Under the pieces are notes generated by a model that saw only the letters and a list, made by a program, of their open reading frames with translations, was not told the origin of the DNA and did not search any database. A DNA stretch of 64,000 nucleotides. It comes from Octopus sinensis. Lineage: Eukaryota. Positions within the stretch are counted from its first letter, which is position 1. Each line of letters starts with the position of its first letter. Below, in pieces: positions 26,221 to 41,083 of this stretch. Position numbers and translations under genes: made by a program. Where the stretch lies: the NCBI RefSeq assembly GCF_006345805.1, contig NC_043003.1, forward strand, positions 11,780,001-11,844,000, in the 5' to 3' direction.

Positions 26221-26735
26221 CCTATATATATTTAACGGATGAAGTATAGCTTATTCAAAGTGGTTGCCTGGTTGCCTGGCTGTAAAAAATGACTCTTCAT
26301 GATCAGTGTTTACATGCCAGGTTAGTTCAGTGAATATATCTAAATAGATAGGCCTCGGACAGTGGGGAATCATCGTTATCATCGTCGTCGTCGCCGTCGT
26401 CGTCATCGTTATCGGAACAAATTTTTAATAAAAATGGCTAATGACGTGTTGTCACTCAAGCGAGACAGGCGTAGAGAATTAAGTTTTTTTTCTTTGTTAT
26501 TGTTGGTGACGGAGGTTTTATGCATATACATGTGACTTCACAAACGCGGAATATAATGCACACACACACATACACGCTCTTATACACACGCTCTTATACA
26601 CACGCACATATATGCATACATACATACATACATACATACATACATACATACATACATACATACATACATACATACACACACACATATGTACATATACATG
26701 TATGTATGTATGCATTGACTGATAGACAGATAAAC

Positions 26736-26770
<35 letters not shown>

Positions 26771-26852
26771 AGATAGATAGATAGATAGATAGATAGAGAT
26801 AGACAGACAGACAGACAGACGGACTGACTGACTAATAAACAGACAGACAGAC

Positions 26853-26897
<45 letters not shown>

Positions 26898-26942
26898 ATA
26901 TATATAGCGAGAGAGAGAGAGAGAGAGCGCGGGAGAGAGAGG

Positions 26943-27037
<95 letters not shown>

Positions 27038-27287
27038 GTAAAAAATGGGTCTCAGTAATATGAAATAAAGTCGAATAACAGCTTTTCAAAGCCGAGCCAG
27101 TGTGAATCACCATTCATAATATTTGGTTCCTGTTTCTAAGCAAGTCTATGAGCCCAAGCACACACACACGTATGTATATATCATCAGCAGACGAGAATCG
27201 TCTGTTAAGTAGTGGCGCGAACTGGTCGCTACCCGCATACCAGCCAAACCTAACTGACACCGATATATAAAATTACAGTGATTTTCA

Positions 27288-27620
27288 GGCGCATGGCTCA
27301 TTGGTTAGATCATCGAGTACACAATCATGAGATAGTGAGTTCGATTCCCGGACCGGGCTGTGTGTTGTGTTCTTGAGCAAGGCACTTTATTTCATATTGC
27401 TCCGGTTCACTCAGCTGTAGAAATGAGTTGCGACATCACTGGTGCCAAGCTGTATCAGCCTTTGCCTTTCCCTTGGATAACACTGGTGGTGCGGAGAAGG
27501 GAGGCTGGTATGCATGGGCGACTGCTAGCCTTCCACAAGCAACATCACTTGGACTTGTGCCTCGGAAGGGGAACTTTCTAGGAGTTTTCCCATGGTCATT
27601 CATGACCGAAGGGGTCTTTT
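27288..27620 (+). mobile_element. Further tRNA-derived SINE family
   Basis: ggcgcatggctcattggttag A box and gagttcgattccc B box. Another tRNA-headed family lies at 5854-6050 and 39735-39960. Confidence 0.7.
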
Positions 27621-28183
27621 ATTTTTATACCGCAAATAGTAAAGAAATAGGTATTTTTATACCGCAAAAAGTAAAGAAATAGGTATTTCATCTGCCGTTA
27701 CGTTCTGAGTTCAAATTCTGCCGAGGTCGACTTTGCCATTCATCCTTTCGGGGTCGATAAATTAAGTACCAGTTACGCACTGGGGTCGATGTAATCGACT
27801 TAATCTGTTTGTCTGTCCTTGTTTGTCCCCTCTATGCTTAGTCCCTTGTGGGCAATAAAGAAATAAGAAACACGTATAAAGGCAACAAAAAGAACGCAAA
27901 GACTAGGAGAAGCCACAACACCATGACAACAAGGACTGCGAAAGAAGAACAAGAAGAAAAACAACAATAATATAACAATGGCAAAACCAAACCAAGAAAC
28001 ATTCCTGAAGGAGAACAATCAGACGATTAAATACACACACACACACACACACATACACATGTATGTATGTATGTATGTATGTACGTATGTATGTATGCAT
28101 GTATGTATGTATGTATGAATGTATATACGTATGTATGTATGTATGTATGTATGTATATACGTATGTATGTATGTATGTATGTA

Positions 28184-28239
<56 letters not shown>

Positions 28240-28329
28240 GATACATTCAGAAAAGAAGGAGGTTATGAGGAAATAGTCCGACAGACGCCAAACGAAAGAT
28301 TTTTGGTGAAACCACTACAGAAAGTCTAT

Positions 28330-29170
28330 TGAACGTCAAGGAGAAAATTCCATCAAGACGTGAGAATTTTCTTAATCGTGGACAAGAGGCTTTTGAATTG
28401 TCTTTTTTTAAGTGCTCCACTCAAGAACCCAGATTACCCGTTCTTCTAAACCAAGTTGAATGACTCCGTCTTCATTGTCTCTGTCTAACAAGTTAGCAGT
28501 GAAAGTAGATTATATAAATGAATGTGATCTCAGATATCTGAATAGAAATATGATAGAGCAAGATTTCTGGGGCGTATGCTTGTTAAGAAAGACTACCAAG
28601 TGTACGTTTCCTTTAGTCGATCCAGATGAAGCATAATTGTAGCCTTGTTTCCGAAAGACCTACACATCGAGTAAAGAATTAACTTCTTGGACCCGGAGAA
28701 GTAACTTGGTGACTCTGGGCTTTTAAACAGTAGTAAAAACTGTGATTCTGATTAGTACCCAACCGAAACCGGGCGGCCAGACGTTTTTAAGCATCAAGGA
28801 GCGTTCTTGGGAATACCCCATTTATTATTGTAAATGGTAATTGGAATATCATCTTTGACGCTCGCTTAGATTGTTTGGAAATAGCTGTTAGAAGGAAGTG
28901 TATAAAAGCTTCGCAAATTTGTTGAAGCAATTCCAATTAACAGTTGCTGACTTTTTTCCCGAATTATTTCCGGCAAATTTACCCAGAACAATTTCCCTTT
29001 ATGATTTGTTTCATGTAGAAGATGGGTATTAAATCTTCCTTTGATGAGAATAAACTTTTTGAAAGTTTTCTATGGCGCCAATCCAAAACACAGGGCCGTA
29101 ATTGGTTACGGCCCTGATTTCAAAGGATGGGTCATTTCTATTTACGTTCCAAGTATTTCGTATGGCACGA
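28330..29170 (+). mobile_element. Degenerate Tx1/L1-like endonuclease remnant
   Basis: Fragments GRPDVFKH.GAFLG and G.WNIIFDARLD resemble the L1 endonuclease GD(W/F)N region. Confidence 0.45.
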
Positions 29171-29185
29171 TCGGTTCGTTTAGGG

Positions 29186-30027
29186 CAAGGCTGGCCAACC
29201 TGAGGCCCACGGGCAGCATGCGGCCCGCAGACTTTTATCTTGTGGCTCGCTTGATATTTTTTTGAAATGGGTTTATTTAAACAAACATTTAAAAAGTTTT
29301 ATCAGAAATTAAAGATTGTAATGAAAAGTAAAAAAAGATACCGTAAATCCTCGAGTATAATCCGCATTTATTTCCCAACATTTAAAGGTCAAAATCCCTA
29401 GTGCGTACTATATACGAGGTTAAAAATGAAAAATAATTTCTAAGCAATTTCCGAGTATCTATTTGCTGTTCTGCAATGTTTATTCAGACGCATTTTGTGA
29501 TGTAGGGCGCGAAAATACCTTAAGCTAAGCCAGAAAGCAATGAAGTCATAAAAGAATCATCCATAACTGGCAGTTAGCAACATTTATTAAACGTTATTAC
29601 TGTTATTTCTTTATTTTCTGCAAACAAAAGGCACAAAAAAGCTACACGTTTGCATTATGTTATATATACAATAATAATAAAGGACGTTACCGTATACATT
29701 TTTACAAACCAAGGACGTTATATAGACCTCCTTGACTCAAGTTAGAGAAAGGGTGCGTATTATACACAAGGTTTAGGTTTTTCAGAGGTACAGCCCCCTA
29801 AAAATCCCCTGCGTATTATACTCAAGGGCGGACTATACTCGAGGATTTACAGTACTACTGTTTTTGCAACGATAATGTTTCATGTTTAATCAACGATCAT
29901 TCCTTCATTATTGTAATAATAGCATGAGAAAGCAAAATGCTTTCAATTCTGTCAGTATACAAGCAGCTCTCAAAAAACTTTCTGTGATTAAAATGTTTCG
30001 CAATGTAATTCGAGTTGGTTAGGCCTG
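29186..30027. mobile_element. hAT-like MITE
   Basis: Imperfect TIRs caaggctggccaacc / ggttaggcctg; near-identical 8-bp flanks gtttaggg / gtttagtg. Confidence 0.5.
29341..29852. mobile_element. Tc1/pogo-type MITE nested in the hAT MITE
   Basis: TIRs ccgtaaatcctcgagtataatccgc / gcggactatactcgaggatttacag; TA on both sides. Confidence 0.8.
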
Positions 30028-31029
30028 GTTTAGTGTGTCCCCTCTCATCGCTTCTGTATATTTTTGTTGTTGAACCATTGCTACAGAAGCTGAAAGCATC
30101 AAGAAGTAGCCCCCTCGATGAGTAAGGAAGATTTGTCGGAATGAGAGAAAAACTATCTCAGAGAGATCGGGCAAGAAATGAAGAACGCATATATTATCTG
30201 TTATTTATTGATGCCTAACCATTTTGCCATATCCCAGTTCACATCCAACTAGACTGGAGCATCTGCTCTTTCGCTTATTGCAACAGACATTGACCAGATG
30301 TCTATCAACCATGATGGGACCGACATACTGGGACAGGAATGTACTGAGGTCGCGACATCCGTAGAGCTTCCTACGCAGTAAATAGATGTAATCACAGCTT
30401 TTGAAGACCATTTTCTTGCAGTTTGCTTTTTGGCAGAGCTGATTTCCTGCGCCAATCGAAGACCGATATTGGATACTTTTCATCTGGAATGCCTCAATTT
30501 TTCACAGTTCTTTACTAGCCGGGCAACGGACAGTGATACGTTAATCCTTACATTTTATGTAGGGTTAGTATGGGCGAGATTGATGCTGTTCCCGAAAGAT
30601 TCAAGGCGTTGATGATGAACGGAATAACCTTTGGGTGGAAGATTTCCAACTTGCAAATAAGGGACAACTTCCAGAAGTCCCCGGCCTGGCAGTGCATTGG
30701 CAAAAGTCCCTGATCTGGCAAGAGGCATTGTCAACTCCGAATACGCGGTGGGGGTTGTGACCCTAGTTGGTATGTGTTGGGTTGAGAACCGCTAAGCTAA
30801 ACATAAACGTCAATTACTACTACTACTACTACAACTACTACTACAACTACTACAACAACAACAACAGCAATTTTTACTACTATAACCACCACCACTTCTA
30901 CAACTACAACAATCATTACCACTACAACCACCACCACCACTACTTCTACTACTACTACTACTACAACCACCACCACCTCTACAACCACCACCACCATCAC
31001 CACCACCACCACCACCACCACCACCACCA

Positions 31030-31074
<45 letters not shown>

Positions 31075-31334
31075 TCGTTGGTGTAGTTATTTAGGCATTT
31101 ATAGAGATAATAATTGCCCTTCATAGTTGTCCACCAATCCTAATATGGGCGTTACTTCCCAAACAACCGAAATTTAATAAAGATTAACAGATGGGAGTGC
31201 CAAGAGGCCCACAGAGCAACGATGTCACAGTCGTGTATTTGTTTAGACAAGAGAGGAGTAATATAGGCGAGATGTATTAATGCCATAATTGACATCAATC
31301 AAATAACGATGACAATTTATCATATATACACCAC

Positions 31335-31402
<68 letters not shown>

Positions 31403-32000
31403 GTATAGGCACGCGTGTACATCCGTATCGCTGCTGGTGGCATGTTAGATGATCGGGTTTATATGAGGGCGGGAAGGTTTTTGGGGACATATTGGTCGAG
31501 AATGTGCGTCGTGTAAGACGTCGAATGCAGTATATATATGTATGTGTATGTATGTATGTATGTATGTATGCGTGTGTGTATGTGTATGTATGCTTGTGTG
31601 TGTGTGTGTGTATGTGTGTATGTGTATGTATGTATGTATGTATGTATGTATGTATGTATGTATGTATGTGTGTATGTATGTATGTATGTGTGTATGTATG
31701 TGTGTATGTATGTGTGTATGTATGTATGAATGTATGTATGTGTGTATGTATGTGTGTATGTATGTACATATATGTGTATGTATGTATGTCTGTATGAATG
31801 TATGTGTGCATGTGTGTATGTATGTATGTACGTACGTATGTATGTATGTATGTATGTATGTATGTATGTATGTATGAATGTATGTATGTGTGTATGTATG
31901 TGTGTATGTATGTGTGTATGTATGTGTGTATCTATGTATGTATGAATGTATGTATGTGTGTATGTATGTGTGTATGTATGTGTGTATGTATGTATGTATG

Positions 32001-32049
<49 letters not shown>

Positions 32050-32367
32050 GTGTATGTATGCATGTGTGTGTATGTATATATGTATGTATGTGTGGGTATG
32101 TATGTATTATGTGAGTGTGTGTATGTATGTATTTGTGTGTCTGTGTTTGTCCCCCACCATCGCTTGATAACTGACGTTGGCATGTTTACGCCCCCGTAAC
32201 TTAGCGGTTCGGCAAAAGAGACCGATAGAATAAGTACTAAGCTTACGTAGTATAAGTCCTGGTGTTGATTTGTTCCACTAATGGCGGTGCTCCAGCATGG
32301 CCGCAGTCACATGACTGAAACAGGTAAGAAGAAATAAAAGAAATACCGCACTGGCCCGCCGTACATG

Positions 32368-32422
<55 letters not shown>

Positions 32423-32634
32423 TGTGTTTTCATCGTACTAAATTGTTATTCTATTGACATCAATTTTGATGTTTATGACATTCCTACTTGTCAATTATAT
32501 TACTTCTCTGTTATGAAGTATATAAGTTTGTGTATATTTGTATATGTAAACTAAGAAAAAATTTATAATTCTGCTTGTTACTCTCTAAGTTAGCAAGTGC
32601 GTTACGCTCTGTTTGGTGGTTATTAAAAAGTTGA

Positions 32635-33008
32635 TATTACCTCCGCCTAAGCGAAGGCGGTGGTATTGTTTTCAGTCGTGTTTGTTTGTTGGTTTGTCTG
32701 TGGACAAGATATCTCAAGAACCGCTGGATGAATTCAGATGAAACTTTCAAGGATGTTTGGCCCCGTGACCGGCACGTACCGATTAGATTTTGGGATCGAT
32801 CCGGTACCAGACAAAGGTTCTGGATTATTTTTCCGTTTTTTTTTACTTGATTTTTGAGAGTGGTCGGGTTCATTTTTAGTATTCTCATTTGTCAGAGCAG
32901 ACGAGTTTATTTCAGATATTCTCATTTTAAAAATCATCTCTGCCTAATTGTTAAGAGGACGTTAATGTTGCCTTAGTGGAGGTTTGCGCTCTCTGAGTGC
33001 TCTTGTTA
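32635..33008 (+). mobile_element. Helentron-associated (HINE/DINE-like) element
   Basis: 5' subTIR acctccgcctaag, GTTT microsatellite, 3' subTIR cttagtggaggt, then hairpin gcgctc..gagtgc. Confidence 0.6.
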
Positions 33009-33756
33009 TTATTAATACGGCGAATTTACCGCGTAGGACTAATGCTTAGTAGCATTTAGACCTTTACACTTTGAGCTCAAATTCTATCGAGATCAACTTT
33101 GCCTTACATTCTTTCTGGGTCGATAAATTAAGTACCAGTGAAACACTGGAGTCAATGTAATCGACTTGTCCCCTCCCCCAAAACTTGAGGCCGTGTGCCT
33201 CTAGTAGAAAGGATTATTATTAATACAGCAAGTTTACTGCGTCGGAGAAAATGCTTAGCAGCATTTAGACCGTTTTTATGATTTGAGCTCAAATTCTGTC
33301 GAGATCGACTTTGCCTTAGATTCTTTCTGGATCAATGAATTAAGTACCGCTTGAACACGAGGTAAGGGCGATGTAATCGACCAGCATCCTCATCAAAACT
33401 TCAGGCCTTGTCCTGTAGTAGATATTTGAATAAGAAAATGTTAGTGACTGGTTTTTAGATCTGTGTGAAAAGTCTGTCAGTAAAACGAACTGGCGGTGAT
33501 TTGAAAGGATTTTATTTTATTCTTTTATTCTTTTACTTGTTTCAGTCATTTGAGTGCGGCCATGCTGGAGTACCGCCTTTAGTCGAACAAATCAACCCCA
33601 GGACTTATTCCTTGTAAGCCTAGTACTTATTCTATCGGTTATCTTTTGCCGAACCGCTAAGTTACGGGGACTTAAACACACCAACATCGATTGTCAAGCG
33701 ATGGTGGGGGACAAACACAGACACTGGTACAAATACACACAAACATACACACACAC

Positions 33757-33819
<63 letters not shown>

Positions 33820-34089
33820 CACACACACATATATACGACGGGCTTCTATCAGTTTCCGTCTACCAAATCCACTCATAAGGCTTGCCAACGCAGTGGGACT
33901 GAGCCCAGAACCAAGCGGTTGGGAAGCAAGCTTCGTACCACACAGCCATGCTGTTTAAAATTACGTGGGATGTTTAAAATAGATATGCATTGATATTAAA
34001 TATAAATATATGTTAGGAGATTGAGTGCTAATGTAAGATAAACTTAGATATACTTCGATCAAAACTTGTCTCTGACCATGTCTAACGTA

Positions 34090-35075
34090 ACAGCACTACC
34101 TGATAGAATCTGTTGAGTCATTTATTGTTAACTGAGACGTATCCAGGCATTGGCGCCTTACTCGAATATCTCTTGAGGAAATTTGTCCCGATAACGTTTG
34201 AAGATGATGGAATTTTTTTTTCCTTAATTTGTGAAATAAGGTCAGGACCTGTTAAGGAAAAGAAATTGTGCTGTGGTGTATTAATGTGTTGGAGCTTGAA
34301 TTATGTAGAGGGGATATGACACGAGGTGCAGCCTTGGATGAATTCTGAATTTGATGCTAAGATCAATGTTTGAGCAATGCTGGTGATATACCCTCCACAT
34401 TGTGTAAATGGTGAATCAATCACGGTGGCATTGGAGAGATGATAGTTTCATTGTTTTAAGGCGGTCCTATTGATCAAGATCAGTCATGCCTTTTATTAGT
34501 GACTGCTTTGGGGTGACTTATTCCTCGTAATGTTTTGTTTCGTAAAGGGAGATCACAGGAGGGCGGCGAGCTGGCAGAGTAGTTAGCACACCGGGCGAAA
34601 TGCTTAGCGGTATTTCGTCTGCCGCTACTTTCTGAGTTCAAATTCCGCCGAGGTCGACTTTGGCTTTCATTCTTTCGGAGTCGATAAATTAAGTACCAGT
34701 TACGCACTGGGGTCGATGTAATCGACTTAATCCCTTTTTCTGTCCTTGTTTGTCCTCTCTGTGTTTACCCCCTTGTGGGTAGTAAAGAAATAGGTAGTAG
34801 TGTTCAAGACGTGGCCATAAAGGAGGAGAAAAGAAGAATGATAACATCTGGTTCTATTGGCCGGAAAGTTGTGAAAACCCAGGAGCTAATCCTGTGAACC
34901 GTATCAACTTAATTGCCAATGTGAGCGGTCCAGCTGAAACTGCTGTCAACGATTACTCCTAAGTCTCTGATATTGTTGGATGCCATGATTAGCTTTCCTG
35001 AAGAAAGAGAATTTGGTTGTTTGGATGCATTCCCTTTTCCAAAGTACATAAGTTCAAATTCTCCATAATTTAACA
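34090..35075 (-). mobile_element. CR1/L2-like RT 3' remnant interrupted by a SINE
   Basis: Minus-strand IRDLGVIVDSSFSWTAHI motif; many stops. Confidence 0.65.
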
Positions 35076-35207
35076 GCATGCTGTTGAATATGGTTCAACG
35101 TTTCGAGCAGATGCTCTTCTTCGGAAACAGAGGGAAGTCCAAAAGAAGGGAAGACGGAGGAAGAAAATCGCCAACGATTCACATGTGGTTACATTTTGAA
35201 ATGTATG

Positions 35208-35289
<82 letters not shown>

Positions 35290-35454
35290 CATACATACTA
35301 CATACATACATACACACACACACACGCATGTATATATGTATATATATACTTATGCATGCATACATACATACATACATACATGCATGCATACATACACACA
35401 CATACATACATACATACATACATACATACATACATACATACATACATACATACA

Positions 35455-35486
<32 letters not shown>

Positions 35487-35639
35487 GTTAACAGATAACA
35501 TCCAGAGATTCTCTGTATAGAAAACACTTAGTAGTGGTGAAGTGACTCGAACTTAAGACTCCGATGTCTCTAGTTGGGACCAATTCAGCGGAGTAAAGAG
35601 TGGCTGTCAGAGGAATCCTGGTTAGCAGATATGGAAGTA

Positions 35640-36928
35640 CGAGAGGCGTTCAATAAGTAATGCCACTGACCCACTTCCCATAGCAGTAGAGCAACGAAAC
35701 TTGGCACAGTTATTAGTCTTTTTTTTACATAGGAACCACCCAGAGTTACGCATTTCTCCCATCGTTTGCTGCGGCTCTGGAGACCGTTTTTGTAGAAGAC
35801 CCCAGCTTGGTCCTCCAACCTCAACGTGACTTCAGAAATCAAGGCTGCATCATCTGGGAAACGCTTTCCTTTCAAAAACAACTTCATGATTGGGAAGAGG
35901 TGAAAATCAGAGGGTGCAAGGTCAGGAGAGTAGGGGGATGGGGAGGAGTTCATAGCCATACGCCTGTGCTTCTGATCTGGCGACAAGCGAGTTGTGGACC
36001 GGAGCGTTGTCCTGCAGGAGGAGGATGTCTTTGCTGATCTTGCCCCGCCTCTTGATTTTGATAACTTCTCTTAATTTCCTCAAAAGTGAAGCATAATAGG
36101 CTCCTGCAATTGTGGTACCCTTTGCCAGGAAATCTGTCATCACTACTCCGTCCTGGTCCCAGAAGACTGTGAGCATGACCTTGCCAGCGGAGGGCTGCAC
36201 CATTGACTTCTTTGGAGGAGGTGAGTCACGGTGCTTTCACTGCATTGACTGGGCTTTGGTCTATGGATCATAGTGATGGACCTAGGTTTCATCCTGTGTA
36301 ATCAGTCTTTTGAAAAATTTTGATTCATCTTCTTGGCACATCTCCAAATTCACCCTCGAGCACTCGACGCGTTCTTGCTTCTGGAAAGGCGTGAGCAACC
36401 TGGGAATCCATCTGGCAGACACCTTTTGCATATGCAAATGGTTATGAATGATAGTTTCCACAGACCCGGTACTAATCTTGACCTCATGGGCTATTTGGCG
36501 AATAATTATGCGTCGATCTTCGAAAATGGCAGCCTCAACTTGACGGACAGGCCTCATCAATGGCAGAAGGGGGCGACCAGATCTGGGAGCTATTTCCACA
36601 GAGTTCCGACCATGTTTGAATTCACGATGCCAGCGTTTTACAAGGTCATATGATGGGGCATCATCACCATAAGTTACTTTCATTTCATCAAAAGTCTCCC
36701 GTGGTGTGCGTCCTTTGAAATACAAAAACCGGATCACTGCTCGACACTCAACAGGCTCCATTTCACACTTGACTCGGTTCAAAAACCTGTAAATCAGAAA
36801 CCACAATTAATTCAGAGCTGTAATTTGCCACTTACTCTATAGAGATATAAATAATTGCACATGCAAAATTTCAGCTAGATCAAACAACTGCAAGTGGGTC
36901 AGAGGCATTACTTATTGAACGTCCCTCG
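35640..36928 (-). mobile_element. Full-length mariner (D,D34D type) with frameshifted transposase
   Basis: 25-bp TIRs cgagaggcgttcaataagtaatgcc / ggcattacttattgaacgtccctcg with TA on both sides. Motifs ARWIPRLL, QDET, GKVMLTVFWD, QDNAPVH and YSPDLAPSDF split over three frames. Confidence 0.93.
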
Positions 36929-36997
36929 TAATTGCGGATAGACAAGTTGAATATATATATATTTAATTTGTTTATCCGCATAATTGCCCCCTCCCCC

Positions 36998-37075
<78 letters not shown>

Positions 37076-37407
37076 ATAATTTGAGGGAATATTATTCCTA
37101 ACTTACAGGGAAAAATTCAATTTAGAAATACTAAATCAAATTTCACAAAATATAATATATATATAAATTAGAAAAAAAAAACGCCTTTTATCAATTATAT
37201 ATATTAATCATCGGTATATTATTTTTATCTTATATTTAATATTTCTATTATATGCAATTTTCTAGATGGTGAAATTTAATTTATCATTTTGAATTGATAA
37301 AAGGTGTTTTTTTTCTAATTTATATATATATAAATTTTAGCTACTTATTTTTTATTATTTATTTTTAGATAATTTGAAAATCTGTTGGCTGCCTGGTTGG
37401 TTCGATT

Positions 37408-38215
37408 ATGTCATCGATTCCCGACGGTTTCTTCAGCTGTTGCCCGCTTCAGACTCCCATGTCACCCGTGCCTTTCGACATAAGAACCGAAGGTCTAGAA
37501 TCGCCCGCATTGATTCCTGTGACTAGTCGAACCAATGAAGTCTTGCCCTCCTCGGTTGTTTTACCAATTCCTGACGCTAGAAGTTTTCCAATGCATCTCG
37601 ATGGCAGCGCCGACATCCAAGACCTCCGTTCTTTGCCCGTCTTACCAACAATCGATCTTTCATCTCCACATCTATCGGCAATATCAACTACGGTCCCGCT
37701 CGTTCGGACGGATGACACGAATACAGCGGAGTCACGGAATGAAGAGCTGAAGTTACCATTTTGTCACAATCAGCTTAACAACAACAGCAACAACAACAAC
37801 AACAACCACAACTGCTATAACAACAGCAGTTGCGATGGCAACGATGATAACAACAACACCAACACAAACGATACCATTACTACTACTGCTACTACTACTA
37901 CTACCACTACTACCATTTTCAATATTAATAGTAATAACAATTTTAACAACGGTGATAATATAGATTTCGACTTTGAGAATATGACCATCAGAAACCACAT
38001 TCCTTTATTGAAACCAAATTCTTTCGAGGCATCATGTTCTTCATCTGATATCTACGGTGACAACGACTGGTCTGTGAAAATGGCCAATACAGATCTATAC
38101 CAGCACCAACAACAACCATACTTAAATTACAGTAACGCTCAAGACGCAGAAATTCCAGACTTAATCTCCTTACCTGCATCATTAGGCAGTTATGATAGAT
38201 GTAAAGCAACTACAG
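37408..38215 (+). CDS. ESE-type ETS gene, first coding exon (Asn/Thr-rich N-terminus)
   Basis: Acceptor atttttAG at 37367-68, with an in-frame TGA before ATG 37408, so this is the probable start. ORF open for 269 codons + 1 nt. Donor GTAAT at 38216 is phase 1 and joins the exon at 40537 (G+AA = Glu). Confidence 0.75.
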
Positions 38216-38907
38216 GTAATGTATTTACGGTATCGTTAGACCATTTGAAGGCGGCGAGCTGGCAGTAACGTTAGCGCTCCGGGCGAAATGCTTACCGGTA
38301 TTTCCTCTGCATGCATATGTATATACATTTGGCGAATGGTGCGAGTGAGGATGTGTACGTTTTTCAAGTGAGGGTGACTGAATGTATACTTTTAGGCGCA
38401 CGCACGTGGGTGTGCGGGCGCGCATGTGTAGGTATGAACATGTGCGCTTACGCGAATACTATGAACTTTTTTCTCCTTACCTTTACTCCCTCCCATCACT
38501 TAGCGGTCATTCAAATAGCTCTTTTGTCTTAATAACGGCCAATCACACAGTAATTTCCCTTTGTATAACAGTCATTTTTCATAGCATTTTCCGATGTCCG
38601 GATAACTGAAGAGATGGCGGCGTGGATTTCCACCTCGGCATCCGAAACTTGGAGTTTTATCATAGCTACCGAATAATTGTCACATATTACATTTACAAAT
38701 AAATTCCTCTATTTACATAATATCGAGGTCTCTTTCTTTCATTTGTTGTCTTACCATTTTTATCAATATATATATATCACCGTGATCACCGTGACCGACC
38801 AGGCTATCAGATGTTGCTACACATCGCTGGTTATAACGCGCTTCGCATTGTTTTAGCCTTCAAATGAGCAGGCCACAATATATTATATATAATATATATA
38901 TATATAT

Positions 38908-38954
<47 letters not shown>

Positions 38955-39966
38955 TATATATATATATACATATATGGGTACAGGACGTCGCCGACTGTAA
39001 ACAACATGAAGTACGAAAACAAACGAGTTAAATATGCAAACAACGAGAAAAAATGGAAAACTGGACAAGTAACACAAAGAACGACCCTTCATCAGTTGTC
39101 GGCTGTCTGTCTACTCCTCATTTCGAGCATTCATATATATATATCAAAACGATGAATAGCCTTCGCGTAAACTATTGGTTCGTTTAGTTCTCTTACTTTA
39201 TTATCATCTTATAATCATCTCATAATAATGACCTTTATGACTCGTATTACTACCTCAGTCAATCTAAATGTATATATTTGTCACTACCTGTCATAAACAG
39301 CCTTTTTCTATTTGCAATATGCATTTTCGTTGATTTTTCATATTTTACCCTTACATTTCCACGTGTATTTTATATTTTCTTTTCGTAACATATTTCTACT
39401 ATATATATATATATAATATTAGGGAGTATAACTCCAAACCTACAGGGAAAAATTCAATTTAGTATTAAATCAAATTTCACAATATGAATATATAATATAT
39501 AAATTAGGGAAAAACCACTATTATGCAATTCAAACAATGATAGACATAAACCAAATCATAAATAGAAAATAAAAAATATTTTTATAAAACATATAACTAG
39601 ATCACAAAAAGTATAAAAATGAAATCAATATATAAGTATTTTATTTTTTATGTATGATTTGGTTTATGTCTATCATTGTTTAAATTGCATAATAGTTGTT
39701 TTTCTCTAATATATATGATACATATATATATAGTGGAGGCGTTGTGTGTGTTTATTGAGCTAAAACACCTAAAAGCTCCACGAGGCTCCGGCAGGGTGTA
39801 GTGGCGACCCCTGTTGTACTCTTTCGCCACAACTTTCTCTCACTCTCTCTTGAGTAACGCTGTGATGGACTGGCGTCCCGTCCAGCTGGGGGAACACATG
39901 CGCCACAGAAACCGGGAAACCAGGCTCATGAGCCTGGCTAGGCTTGAAAAGGGCGACCTTTATCGT

Positions 39967-40042
<76 letters not shown>

Positions 40043-40454
40043 CGTACATGAAATCGACGCTCGCATTCTTACACATGAACACACAAGAATACACAGACAC
40101 ACACACACATACACACACGCATACACTTTTGTGCGTGTGTGCACGTGTGCTTTCATTATGCATTTATGTATTTATAGTAAAGCCTCTTGTCAAATAACAA
40201 ATGAGATGATTTATAGATTATTAGAAACTTTAGATCCTCCCAATACATCCATCAGAGCTGCATGGAACATTATCTTCGCACAGATACACATACGCATAGA
40301 AATGCATGCACACACATCTGTATGTATATGTGCATGCATATACGTATGTATGTATGTATATGTCTAAGTGTACTTAGTATTATTATATTTTTCTTATTAC
40401 TTATTTTTATTTTTATCATTAATGTTGTTGTTGTTGTTGTTGTTGTTATTATTA

Positions 40455-40495
<41 letters not shown>

Positions 40496-40536
40496 TATAT
40501 GTTGTTGTTATTATTGTTATTGTTATTGTGATCCAG

Positions 40537-40779
40537 AAATATGCCACCACAATTGGTGGGAAATAAATCCAGACTTGTGGAATCTCCGAGAGCTGTTGGA
40601 CTGGATGGCCTATACGTTACAGTTAGATAAAATCAATTCCATTATTTATCTCAATAATTTCTTCCGAGACGTCAAGAACGGCAGCCAAATGAGACGAATG
40701 ACACGCGAGGAACTCGTCAGCAGAGATCCAGATAACGGCTCCATGTTGTTTCAGTCTCTAAAATATTTCAGCGAATATG
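40537..40779 (+). CDS. ETS gene exon encoding a Pointed (SAM_PNT)-like domain
   Basis: EICHHNWWEINPDLWNLRELLDWMAY...MTREELVSRDPDNGSMLFQSL fits the PNT pattern (P-x-x-W...W; M-T-x-E-E-L). Acceptor cAG 40535-36, donor GTTAGT 40780, phase 1/1. Confidence 0.8.
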
Positions 40780-40789
40780 GTTAGTAAAT

Positions 40790-41027
40790 ATATTTGTTTT
40801 CACTTTCTTCTCCCTTCTTTTTCTCTTTCTTGTTTTTCCTTTTTTCCCTTTCTTTCTTCTTCCCTTTCTTTTTCCTCTCTTTTTCTCTTTCTTTTTTCCG
40901 TTTCTTTCCTTTTCCCTTTCTTTTTTCTTCCGTTTCTTTCTTTTTCCGTTTCTTTCTTTTTCTCTTTCTTTCTCTTTCTTTCTCTTTTCCTTTCTTTTCC
41001 CTTTCTTTTTCTCTTTTTCTCTTTCTC

Positions 41028-41083
<56 letters not shown>

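Noticed and set aside
27288-27360. tRNA gene calls at SINE heads
   Set aside because: A/B boxes continue into SINE bodies; no cloverleaf acceptor stem.
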